Assembly (NCBI RefSeq): GCF_036321535.1
Contig: NC_087437.1
Coordinates: forward strand, 99,512,001 to 99,576,000
Length of the DNA: 64,000 nt
Source of the DNA: Camelus dromedarius
Lineage: Eukaryota
Direction: 5' to 3'
The translations under genes and the position numbers were made by a program. Under the pieces are notes generated by a model. That model saw only the letters and a program-made list of their open reading frames with translations. It was not told the origin of the DNA and ran no database searches. This document shows, one piece after another, positions 49,647 to 61,712 of this stretch (position 1 is the first letter of the stretch; every line of letters starts with the position of its first letter).

Positions 49647-50475
49647 AATAATATACTCTAAGCAGTTCATTCCATCCGTGTTTACTGGAACTGTAGCTTT
49701 CCTTCATCATGAAGGAAAATATGCCCTAGTATGCACACACGTGCACACACACCCATACACACATATTTTGTCAGTTGCTACTCCCAAGGGTACAGTAGTA
49801 GCCCTCTTTGAAGGCAGAGGGATGTCTGGCCATACATGGGAGTGTAAGTGAGGAAGGAAGGGAGGGAGGAGGGGGCATGCAGCTGAGTGTTCCCCTCTAC
49901 TCATTTCAGGTTCCATCCTATTAACTGAAAAAGGGAGAGTGTAGGTAAGAAACAAGCATAATTAACAAACTGTTTAAATACTTTAACCATTTAATATCAG
50001 ACCTTCATGTTATATCCAATATTCTTATTTTTGAAAATGTGCCACTTTATGCTTGTGTATGGTTTGTACAGTTGTATTATGTATCTAAATAGCTGATATA
50101 ATAAACAAAATTCAATTACCTCAAGTTCAGTTTTTAAAATTGTAATTTTTTAAATCTGGGTGTACCACCCTTTACACTCTGGTTTAACTGAAAAACATAG
50201 ACTCATAAACTGAAGTTTTAGAAAAAGGAGCTGAAACCTGGCAGAGGCACTCCTAGGATCTCTCTCCATGCCCTGGTGGAGAAATGGAAAACCCATAACA
50301 ATCTGTTGCCCACCGTGAAGCTTTTCTGGTACAGGTGAAGTTACATTTTTCTGGTGGATGGAGGAACTTCAGGAGTAATTCTGTCTGCATCATGACATTT
50401 TATTGAAGTAGACAAAATCAAGACTGGAGGCCATAATCTGTGGGTTGAGCAATTCTCACTCCCATGTAAGTAAGA

Positions 50476-50653
50476 CAGCGATTCTTAGCTACGTACAGCA
50501 TCGGAGTCACCCCAGGGGCCTTTTCAGAGCGCACTTGCCTTGGACCCATTCCTGGATATTCTGCCTCAGTAGGTCTGGAGTGGAGGCTTGGCATGTGTAT
50601 TTTGAAAAGACTCCCAGGTAAGCCCAGTGTAGTTTCTGGATTAGAAATCACAG
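50476..50653. mobile_element. MER5A/MER5B (hAT-Charlie)
   Basis: gcatcggagtcaccccagggg...ttctgcctcagtaggtctggagtggaggc...tgtattttgaaaagactcccaggt. Decayed 8-bp TSD aagtaaga/atctaaga. Confidence 0.75.
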
Positions 50654-51334
50654 ATCTAAGACCTTTCCTCACCGTCATGCTATGAGGGTCCCTAATATTT
50701 GGAGAGTTCCCTATTGGACATGATGTTAAAAGACTCCATTCATTAGGACAAGGACCTGCCACCCTATGAGTTTGGGAAGTAGACTAACTTAACTTGCCCT
50801 GCTTTTCTTCCCACTTCCCATTTTAAATTATGATTCACACCTTGCTCAAAAGCAAAGCCCTAATTTGTTTGCACATGTTTAAATAATATTTCAAAGATAA
50901 TTTCATATAATGTAAAATATCTCCAACTGCTAATCTATTTTAAAAGAATCCTTTTTAAGTAATATGTATTAATAAACCCTGTATGCTTCTTTGAGAAATA
51001 ATAATTTAGAGAAATATTTGCAAAAGGCAATGATAATGAAATAAACATATGTAAAAGTAAGTAAATAATAAATAAATGTAAAATAGTTTTTCCTTATAGA
51101 ACACCTTTATATCTAGTGTCTAACCTGTTAGACTATAGGCATCCTGAAGCTCATACATATTTTAATTAAAATGTAATTCATCCTCTGTATATTTAAAATA
51201 GTATGGGCATGGCCTATTTTCAAATTAATATTTTATTTGTATCTTATATGTACAAGGAAGAAATCATAACCTTGCTTTCATTTATTGAATAAACATATGG
51301 AAAGCTTTAAAGTTAATTTAAGAAATAATTTCTG

Positions 51335-52790
51335 CCTTTATAATGCTGCTGAAACTACTCTGCTACTGTGAACACCTAGTGGGCTCTTAGTTGCAAATCC
51401 AAGGGGCATATGTAGCTCTTTATTGGACTTCTTCACACATTTGACTTGGACAACCACCCAGTTTGAGATTCTGTTAACTTCTGTGACTCTCCCCATTCTT
51501 TCCATTCTAATCTTTCACCATTCCTCCTCTAAGTCCCCAGGAACACTATTTTCTATCACCCTTGAATTTCTTCTCCCTACGCTCTACATAGTGTTTCTAG
51601 GTGAGCAAACTGATTCCCATAATATCAATTCTTACTATAGGAGTTTCCCCAGTTTTCATCTCCCACAAAATGAGTTCTCACTTGAGCCACAAATCCCCTG
51701 CTCTCTCGGTGGCTCTACCAGTATCTTAAATCTCAAAGCCATATCTCAGCGTTTTCCTCTTTGAATTGTTGTTACTCTTACTCTTTCTCTCCAAGGTGAT
51801 GGCATCAGAATGAACCAGTTTTCCAAGCTGAAATTTGAGTCATCTGTGCCTCCTCCCTCAACATTGTCACCCATATCTGACTCCTCCTAATACAGCCTTC
51901 TAAACTTTTCTTGAAACCTTCCTTCCTCTCCCTGTGTATTCCCACTGCTCCAGGTTAGGACTCTCATCAGCTCTCCTTGTGAACTGCACAAAACCCTCTG
52001 AGTTTGTTTCTCCATTCCAAGTCTTGCCTGAGCAATCTACAGTTAAATAAAACATGGTGCCCCACACATACCCTGAAAGGTATCAACTCTGTGTAAGGGG
52101 AATAGCAAATACAGCATCAGTGCCACGACTCCCTTGCATCTATGGAAAATTTAGTAACTAAAATATTCTGTTTTAATAAATCCTAATATTCATTCAGAAT
52201 CTTTCTCAAAACAGAAACTGAGCCACCAGCTACATCATGTAAGATTTGGCGATAAGAGTAAATTCACTTGGCATATGGATTAGGATTCAACCCCTTAGTA
52301 TGCCACAAGTTCATCCATGACCTGGCCTTTGTCAAGTTCTTCAGTTTCACCTCCAGCCACTCCATGTCTCATATTCTATGTAACACTTCAGCGATAGTCG
52401 TTTCTTTCAGACACTAAGCTGTTTCTTCTCTCAGGGCTTCTGCTTCTGCTGAACTCTTTGTCTGGAGGCTTTCTCTTCACATCCCCAGCCTTTTGCCAAT
52501 TCTGACTCCCATTAATTCTTACCTGTCTTGTAGAGCTCCTGACTCCAGTGAGCGATGTGACTCTAACCCATGTTCCTGTGATATCCTGGGCGTACTTCTG
52601 TCAATGTCTGTCATTGCTCTTATTACTCTTGCTTATCATTTTTCCAATTATGTGACTGTCTAGCCCACTAGATGATAGGTGCCTAGAAACAGAAACACAG
52701 TTTTGTTATTCTTTGCACTTTGGGGACAGCTTAAATAATACCTAACACGTAACCTAGCACAGTGCTGTATAAGGTGAATTAATTAATTTC
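51335..52790 (+). mobile_element. Long degenerate L2 (RT region to 3' end) with a probable hAT-type MITE inserted at ~52096-52278
   Basis: gttgcaaatccaagggg...gacttcttcacacatttgac is an L2 RT-region motif, followed by a pyrimidine-rich body ending acctagcacagtgc...gaattaatt. Confidence 0.65.
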
Positions 52791-54199
52791 AAAAGTATTG
52801 CCACAAAGGGGGAAAAATGGTATATGTAGGAGAGGTTTTCATCTTTCTTTAAAGCAAAAGTCACAAACTTCTGCCATGGACCCTCCAGCCCAATACAGTC
52901 CACCCTAGTTCACATAATTAATCCATGTTGTCAGGTTGCTATAGGAATTAGAGTTTCAAACATCTGGATAAATACCAGAAACACTAAATACATTTTCCAT
53001 AAAAATGTATGTTTAAATAATGACTGAGTTAATGACTTCAGAGAAACACTTTGGGAAATTGCTTCTAAATATCTAAATTCTGGGGTTTTGTCATGAATTG
53101 TTAGTATACATTATATATCAAAGTTATATATACTTTATATTGATTTGTCTTTGCCCATATTTAAAAGAATACGTATTGAATTGATGATCTGTGCAATGTA
53201 AGCACTATTTATTCATCTCAAAAACATGTTTTCCCTTTATATGATTGCAGAACATCTAATAAAACTTTTAAGATCGTTTTTATAACATAATTTATATTAC
53301 TTTTCTGGTCTTCTTAGTCATAAACTGAAGACATAATTGTGCCTTCAGTGAAAGTAGGTATAAGGGTTCTATGTGGCCTGAAGAAATTTTCTGTTGAAAT
53401 CTACTTTTATGTAGCAATATATGTTTAGAGTCCTCAGTCAAAAAATTTTAAGTTTTTTTGAGCTTTTACTTGTGTGTTTTTTGTAAAATTAAACAAATGA
53501 TTATATGCTAATATAGGCATAGGATTAAGTATTTCCATATTGTTGATGAAAAATTAGAAAGTGTCTGAGTCTGAATTATTGATCCAGGGGTGTGTGTGTG
53601 TGTTTGTGTAGGTGTGTATGTACACATTGTTTGGAGAAAATGTGAGAAGATAGAGGCAGAGGAAAAAGGGTTCAGTTTCAAAATACAAATGCTGTGTAAT
53701 TTGATCCAATAATACATGAGCTTTGAGCAGGAACTTCAGGGAACTGGGTCTCATATTTCACATGGAAGGTTTTTGAGAGTCCTGAGGCAGCAATATGAAA
53801 TCTTTCCACTTGATTCACTGAAACATCAGTAAATAGCGCGAAGTAGTTTTCTCTTTGGTGTCTGAATATAATTTGGTGACTCCTAGATCTGGAATGTGTT
53901 GAAATAAAATTGTTTGTCTTAAAATATGAAACAGTATGTGCACTGGCCAATTCACAGAGATGAATGGGAGGCTCTCCAGAAGTATAATAAAAATTGCGGG
54001 AAAAAATATCTGTATGACAAATAGAAATTGTTCCCTTTTTATCCTCGTTTCATGTCAGCCAGGCAAACCAACTTCATTTGTAGGAAAATGGAGAAGGGAA
54101 ATCTGGCCAAGGAAATGACTGATTCCTGGCCTTAGTGAGTCAGGGTTTTCATGTGCAGGAGTTCAGACAGGAATCATTTCGTTTGAATGATGCTACAGC

Positions 54200-55390
54200 T
54201 CAATCCATTCATTCCCCCACATTTCCTGAGCACTTGCAACGTGTCAGGGATGATAAGCAAACACAGAATCTACCCCACCTCATAGAGCTTCCAGTCTAGT
54301 GGCAGAGAGAGGCAGACTATTCAGTATTCACACAAACAACAGTGAAATGATAACTGTCACAATTGCAGAGAAGAAGGAGTACAAAGAAATAAACAGGGTA
54401 GTGCGGAAGCCTGTCTGAGGAAGCAACACATCAGTTGAAATTTGGAGGATGGATAGATATTAACCGGGCAAAAAAAATAGGGGGGAAGAGGACTATGTAG
54501 TATCTTTGTCATCAAGACACATGTTCTTAGAAAAAGGAAATGCCACACATAGAACTTTGGAGCCTTATTGATATCTGAAGTGGGGTGAAGGGGAAATGAA
54601 ATGTGTTGGATGGACCTTCAGCTACAGCAACATATTTGTTTAGCTTACATTCTAAAAAGGGAAATAACAAGAAATAAAAAGGGGGATAACAAACATTTTA
54701 GCAAATAAATATATAATATGTTGGGTAGTTAAAAAATGCAATGAAAAATAAAACAAAACAAGAAGATGGAAAGGTGAGGGAGGGATGTCATCTCCGGGCA
54801 GTGGTAAGCGAAGACCTTTCTCAGCAGACCCTTGAATGAAGTGAGATAGTGAGCTCTGCCCTATTTTTTTTTTTTTTTTAAGAGCCAGAGAAAAAGATGA
54901 CTTTAGCCGAATAGTATTGCTGATTTAATCTGGGTTAGATATTTAGAGCCTATTTTATAATCTTGATACTTCTGTACATTTGTATTTGGAAGTATTTTAA
55001 AAAATCATTATATAATGTATATGTTTTACTCTGTGGGAGGGAGGATGGTGTCTCCAAGGTCCAGGAAAAATCTAAGTTAGCAGCAACAGTAAGGTAGGAG
55101 TTTCATGTGAAACAAGCCTGGAGAAGTGAGTGGGTGCTCAACCAGCAGGTCCTGGCAGACTCTGTTGAGAATTTCAGTCTTTATTCCAAGAGCAATGGGA
55201 AAACATTGAAGGATTTTAAGCATGGGTAGGAGTGATAGGATTGGATCTGTATATTGAATGATTTAGAAATTTCCATTTAGTCAAGACATTTTAAGCAAGC
55301 ATCTATTATTTGCCAGGTTCTGTGCTAGATACAGAGACATAGTGGTGATAGATTTTTACAATTAAAGAACTTGAAGTCTAGAGGTGGGTG
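54200..55390 (-). mobile_element. Cluster of L2 fragments
   Basis: ccattcattc...ctgagcactt...cctcatagagcttccagtctagtgg; ctttattccaagagcaatgggaaaacattgaaggattttaagca; tttgccaggttctgtgctagatacagaga. Confidence 0.7.
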
Positions 55391-55734
55391 AAATTTTTGC
55401 TGTCATCTGCAGATGAACTCACTAGATATTTTGGGATCTCCATGTAAGTTATTTATTCTACACCTTCAGCAAACCACATGTTATACGAATGTTAGTCAAT
55501 CACTTTGATTTTAATAGCTTTGAGAATGTTGGTAACTTCCTAGTTCTTTTATTGGGGAGAAAAGTTTATTTTAGTGTAATCAAGTAGCTTCTGTATACCA
55601 TTTTACCAGTTTTCTATTGTATCCATGCAAAAATATGATCCTTTTCCAAATTTGAGACTTCTAATATTTCAGGGTCAAGAAATCCTGAGTAAAGGACAGA
55701 AGAACCACATGAGGGTCTTGTTCATTGTTTAAGC

Positions 55735-55768
55735 AAAACAAAACAAAACAAAACAAAACAAAACAAAA
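55735..55768 (+). repeat. (CAAAA)n pentanucleotide repeat
   Basis: Read directly from sequence. Confidence 0.9.
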
Positions 55769-56349
55769 TCACCCCTTTGGAGTGTCATTTGAGGATTGGA
55801 ACTTAACAGATTTTGCCAAAAGGGGATTTAAAATTCAAGTATCAATGATAAGTGAACTTTTAGTGTTTTAGAGGTATTGTTGTCTTCTGTCCAAGAAACA
55901 TAGTATAAGTGACTCACCACTGTCAAAGGCCTGAGGAGATAATGAAGACTGACTCTTGATGAGAATATATGTGTATATGAAAGGATGCCAAACAATTCAA
56001 AAGATTGGTTTAAGATCTTCTTTTGAGTACTTGCCTCTGGCTTTGGTATTTCCCACAGATTGATATCATTTCTCAGATGTTGTATCATTTTTCCACAAAA
56101 GTTTATTAATATACTTCTCAAGACAAATGAGCTTCATTGTTTGCCACAGAGGGAAAATTGGTGTTAGTGAAACTTGGTCTTTAGTTGTGTAGAGAACAGG
56201 GCTACCGCGTTACTCCGTTGTCTCAAGTGATTTATGGACCTAGGCATAAATTTCACAGCAAATTAGATTTTATTTAAGTAACACAAATTGACACCATATA
56301 GAATAAGCTACCTTATATTCATCGTAAAACAAGAGCAGTTTCTTTCTGG

Positions 56350-56500
56350 AGCTTGGTAGACTATTAAATAATCTCAATCAGGAACCCAGATCAAAACCCT
56401 ACCTTTGCCACTTACAGTCTTTCTGATTTTAGGGAGTCATTTAATCCTCTTAAGTATCCATTTCTTTATCCATAAATGGAAATAATAATTATGAGTTTTA
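56350..56500 (+). mobile_element. MIR fragment
   Basis: ctttgccacttac...agtcatttaatcctct...tttctttatccataaatggaaataataat. Confidence 0.6.
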
Positions 56501-56789
56501 ACTAATAAGGGTAAATGACCTAGGTTGATATCTGAAGTTAAATGGAGCTCATTAAGTTCCTTTCTGATGCATTCACTTTAATCACTGTGTTCTTTTCAGA
56601 TATTTACCAATAATATTTTTGCAGTCAATTATGTGTTAAAATTTGAGAAGTGTAAGTCATTATTTTACAGAAAAATCAAATGGTGACATGAAGGAAAATC
56701 TCAGGTTCAAATGCCCGTAATACCACAGTAGCAGAGCCAAGGGTGATACCTGATAGTCTTCAAGAATCAGTGTGACCTCCTCCTTTTGT

Positions 56790-56985
56790 TTTTTGCCTTC
56801 CTGATCTACCTAATCTTCCCACCTTCTCTAAAATCTGAACACCAGCTCCTCACTTCCCTATTCCCCTGCCTTATTTATCTTTATAGCACTCACCATCATT
56901 TGTCATGTTACATATTTATTTATAAATTAGTTTATTATTTTTGATAGTATATAACCTCTGTATGGACAAGAACTTCTTATTTTGG
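56790..56985 (+). mobile_element. L2 3' fragment
   Basis: cctgccttatttatctttatagcactcaccatc...tagtatataacctctgtatggacaagaactt. Confidence 0.55.
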
Positions 56986-59812
56986 GTGTAACCTTCTCTA
57001 AATTAAAATTATTAATTTATTAAATTTTCCAAAATAAAAGTTGGAATATTTTAGGAATAAAATGCTGCGCATTTCATTTATTGCAAAAGAAAGTTCATTT
57101 AAAGAGAGTGTGTGTCTTTTTAATAAATGATGTTAAACTTACTTGTATTGTATATAATAAACATAGCTAAAAATTACACATCTAGGTCTGTGTGATTTTT
57201 AAAATACAGCGTATTTTAAACGCATGGAGATTTTTACTGCAGAAAGATATCAGACATGACAATCTGACAGCCTGTCACTGGGATGCCTTCACTGCTTTTC
57301 TCAGATCATCTGACAAGACCTCGGCTGGGCCTCTGCAAGTTACTGAAGAATACTTCCAGAGCCATCCTAATGGGCATGTTCCAACTGCCATTTGGGGGAA
57401 AAATGATCACTGGAGACCAATCTCTACAGCGGGTCTATTGGCAGAAAACCAGTCATATCAGCCTCTCCAATAGCGCCTTTGTGAGGAAGAAGTCCTCATC
57501 AGATTCCTTGGACATGAAGTTACTGTTAGGACTACTCTCAAACTATGTTCTCACCATGCAAGGAAGCTGCAGTTTTTGAAAGGTCAGGAGGAGGCTTATG
57601 ATGATTTAGACCATCTTAAGAGTTATAGGAAGTAAATGTGGTTATAATACTGTAAAAGCTTTGGGTCTTCTACTCTTGTGAGAAGAATCTGTGTGCCATT
57701 AACTAAACCACAACTTCCTGATGTTGAAGAGACCAAAACTAAGAGACCAACAGTAACCCTTACTCTCCCCTGGACTTGGATTCAAGGTGTAGAATTGGTT
57801 ATTCAAATTGTGAGGTGTAGAAGCGAGAACAAGGTGTGTAAAAGGCTAGGCGGAAACACTAGATTTTTTAAATTTTGCACAAAATTTTATGCCTTGTTAG
57901 TAATGTCAGAAAACTTAGTATTGTAAAAGGGAGCTTTATTTTTTAATTGTGTTTATATTCTGTGTTGATCAAATAGAAGGATGTGGGTTTTCGAGTAAAA
58001 ATATACTACAGGTAGATATTTTTTAATATGAATCTCTGAAAAAAACTGGAAACGAAACTTAAAGCTAAAAATGGGAAAGTTTTAATGTCCATTATTCCTA
58101 AAATGGCAATACTCTGCTTAGTGGAAATCAAAGGAAAGTATATGCTGTGATAATAAAATCAGGCTTTACTCATAAATATGATAGTATACGTCTTAATTCA
58201 CTTATATACCCAGAAAGTATGAAAACTTATCTAGACAATCAAACCCAGTTGGCCTATAGGTACTAATATACTTTCAAATTGGATTTTAATAAGCATGTGA
58301 ACTGTAATTCTTTATATGTTTATTATAAAAAGCATGCACATTTTGGTTAGAGGCGTGAAGTGTAGACATTATAAAGTTGGTTGTTACGATGTAGTTTTGT
58401 AGACATGCTAAGTTCTGGTTTTGCTCTTATTCTTCAAGAGCATTGAACGACTTTCTCTCTTTGTAGAATGTACATTTGTGACTTCTCATTCTAATGAAAG
58501 AACTAAAGCCTTTATGGATGAAAACTTAGATACATTTATACATTATTTAAAATTCTCTTGATTGTTCAAATTGCATTCTTCTAGAACAGGGTATCTCTTT
58601 GGTGTTTTTGTTTGCATCTTAATGAGCAGTTATCTCCTCAGTGGAAGAGGAGAGCAAAGAGCAAGAGAGTTTCTAATTAATTTTATATTAAAAATAGTAA
58701 CTTGACATTCACTTGTTGTCCTTCTCCAACTGTCTTTAAAATCTTGCCTTTCACAGTCTGGTAATGTTGCCTTAAATTGGCAGTCATCTGAACCATGTAT
58801 GTCACTTTGAAACTTGTAGACATGTTTATTTACCATAACCCTGATATTGGAGATATTTAAAAAGCCAATACTCTAGTCTCTAGTCAAGGATATTTGAGAA
58901 TAAAAAATACATAATGGATTAGAAGTATGTATATATCAGTATTTAACTATATTTGCTTATATATAACAGAATTGTGTTTGCCCACAATAATGCATATTTA
59001 TATTTATATATCTATAAGAGTGCTGAACTATATAATCATATGACTTCTTGCAGAAAAATATAGAAATACTTTATACTTCACTGAAATTTCAAAGAACATA
59101 TTTCCTTGTAATTCATTCTGTCTTTTCTCTCTCTCAAATACGGTTAGATTAAGTTGCTTAAACTTTGGCACAGACAGACAAAATTTTCTCAGTCAGCATT
59201 CTTTCTTCATGTTATAAGCAGAATTGAAAAATTGGAGCAATAAAAGCCATCAAATACATCTTACTACTAAATAGTGCTTTATCTTCTTAGGGACTCCAGT
59301 TACTTTGGCTAGATACACTCCAAACTCTCAAATTATTTAATTTCACAATATGAAAACACTTTTTAATCTACTATCTTTTTGTATATCTGATGTAATTTTT
59401 AAACTTATGACACTCATCCTTTGACATTCTGCAAAGGAAACATGAATTAATCATTGAGTTTGTCCAACAAGAGGATAGGCATCTTAAGCTGACACTGTGA
59501 GCTTCCAACGTGGCCCACACAAGCTGTTCCTGAGATCACGGCACAAGAAAACATCCCCACAGCTATTGCACGGCTCCTTGCTCAGCTCCCACTCTGAAAA
59601 TTCTAGACTTTGATAGTCCAGGGGAGGATTCTATGCTTATGTAAAGTTGATTCTGTTATTGCACTTTATGAAAACGTAGAAGTTACTGTTAACAGCAAAA
59701 CAAACTGGGCCAGAGGTTACTGTGTGTCTTTTGAAAGTATTTATAGGAAATGGTTTAATAAGCCATTGTTCTTACAAAAATTACATTCTATTAATTAAGA
59801 ATCATAATTTAT

Positions 59813-59836
59813 TGTGTGTGTGTGTGTGTGTGTGTG
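59813..59836 (+). repeat. (TG)n microsatellite
   Basis: Read directly from sequence. Confidence 0.95.
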
Positions 59837-60139
59837 TAATGAAGTGTAGCCAGAAACAGATAATTTCATTACTGCTTATAATAGTACAGATCAATGCAGA
59901 AAGGGAAAGCATTTGTTAAAGAGCAATGTTAGATTTTCTTTGAATATTGCCCAGAAAGCAGACTTTGTGTGAAAATACTACTGTGTGACTTCTCTCATAT
60001 CCAGCTAGTAAACATCCATTCGTGATGGTTTTGGCCACTTTGTAGCCCCTGTGCTGTTTCCTTTTATTTGCTTTTCCTGTTTTGTCTCACTGATTTGAAA
60101 GCAGCTTAAGACTGGAATCCTGTCATTTAACTCTTTGGC

Positions 60140-60335
60140 ACAGTTGACCCTCCACATCCACAGAGTCTACATCCATGGATTCAACCAACCAGGGTTTGGA
60201 AAATATTTGAAAAAAAATTCTAGGAAGTTCCACAAACTAAAACTTGAATTTGCTGCACAGACATCTCTTTATGTAGCATTTACATTATATTAGTTATTAT
60301 AAATGACCTAAAGATAATTTAAAGTCTATGGAAGG
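60140..60335. mobile_element. MER2-family Tigger element, truncated by an L1
   Basis: cagttgaccctccacatcc...catccatggattcaaccaacc...aaaacttgaatttgc...tagcatttacattatattag...atttaaagt. Confidence 0.75.
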
Positions 60336-60750
60336 AGAGAAATAGATGAGGGAGATTAAGAGGCACAAACCCCCAGTTACAAAATAAATGAATCACGGGT
60401 ATGAAATGTACAGTGTGAAGAATATAGTCAATAACTATGTGATATCTTTGTATAGTGACAGATGGTAACTAGACTTACCATGGTGATCACTTTGAAATAT
60501 ATAGAAATATTGAATCACTATGTTGCGTACCAGGAACTAGCATAGTATTATAGGTCAATTATACCTCAAAAACAGACAAACAAACACATAGAAAAAGAGA
60601 TCAGATCTGTGGTTACCAAAGGTTAGGGTGGAGGAAGGGGAATTAGAAGAAGGCCGTCAAAAGGTACAAACTTCCAGTCACAAGGTAAAGAAGTACTGAG
60701 GATGTCATGTACAACAGATAAATAGAATTTACATTGCTATGTGTTGTATA
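60336..60750 (+). mobile_element. L1 3' UTR fragment (L1MA9-derived laurasiatherian type), sense
   Basis: gaggcacaaacccccagttacaaaataaatgaatcacggg...gtgacagatggtaactagactta...gagatcagatctgtggttacc...aaaggtacaaacttccagt. Confidence 0.8.
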
Positions 60751-60939
60751 TGTCTCCCTCCACCAAGGAAAAGAGTTTTGAATGAGGTAGATACGATAAG
60801 TGTTAGTGACACAGGTCATTATTCAGGGAGGAGTATGAAGCTTCATCAAGAAGATAGAACTTATCAAGAGCAGAGTACACAATTCCACTCTCTCTACTCC
60901 TTTTCCAATTTGGAAGTTACAAATAATTAACAATACTGT

Positions 60940-61080
60940 GGGATAAGTATGAGACTGGGAGATGGAAATTCTACTCTTGGTTCTGTCATGAGCTAGCTAT
61001 GTGACTTTGCTTTGCTTTGTACAGTAAGGATGTTGGACCAGTTGATTATTAAATTACCTTCTAGTTCTAAAAGTAATTCT
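60940..61080 (+). mobile_element. MIR/MIR3 fragment
   Basis: ctagctatgtgacttt...gttggaccagttgattattaaattaccttctagttctaaaa. Confidence 0.5.
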
Positions 61081-61666
61081 TTGCTAATGAAGAGCACTAG
61101 ATTTCCTTACAGGAATTCCCTTTGTCAGGTAATAGCTCTCTTAAAACTGGAATGTAGGACTTGATTTCACTCCAAGCTGAAATCCTGTGATCATAGCCAC
61201 AAAATGGACAATTTTACTACCTATATTTTTAATGATATAAAAAGATGTTGTTAAATCTGGAAGTCTTTGTAATTTTTGTTGTTTTTAAGTTGGTGTTTTG
61301 CCTCATTTTAGCAATATGGCATAATTTTACTTTTTCCTTTCCACCTTTACCAACTGTCAATAGTAAAATTATGAAATTGGCTAATAGCTGTGAATATTAA
61401 GAGTCTTACTCAGTATATCCATGTGCTATAGACAGCAAAAATGCCCATTTCATATATATTCCTATTCCAGTGCTTGTGTGTCCTTCAGGGTTGCCAGATT
61501 CATTTGTGGGTGGAGCAACCAATGCCTCACACAGTAAATAGACTCCCCCCCCCCCCACCCCCGGCAGACAGACCACTGACACTGACACTCGTTGTCGATA
61601 ATAATGTTAAAACAATCCTGCTATTTTATTATTCTCTATGTCATCTATTTTCCACTTGTTTTCTAG

Positions 61667-61712
61667 GGTATCCTGGAAGATTAATCAGAGAACCTTTCAA
61701 GCACTTATAAAG
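61667..61712 (+). other. Candidate 46-nt cassette exon
   Basis: Acceptor tctattttccacttgttttctag| and donor AAAG|GTAGGA, in non-repetitive sequence. Confidence 0.45.

Noticed and set aside
50418..51764. The two longest ORFs (114 and 113 aa)
   Set aside because: They overlap MER5 and L2 remnants and show no recognisable domain.
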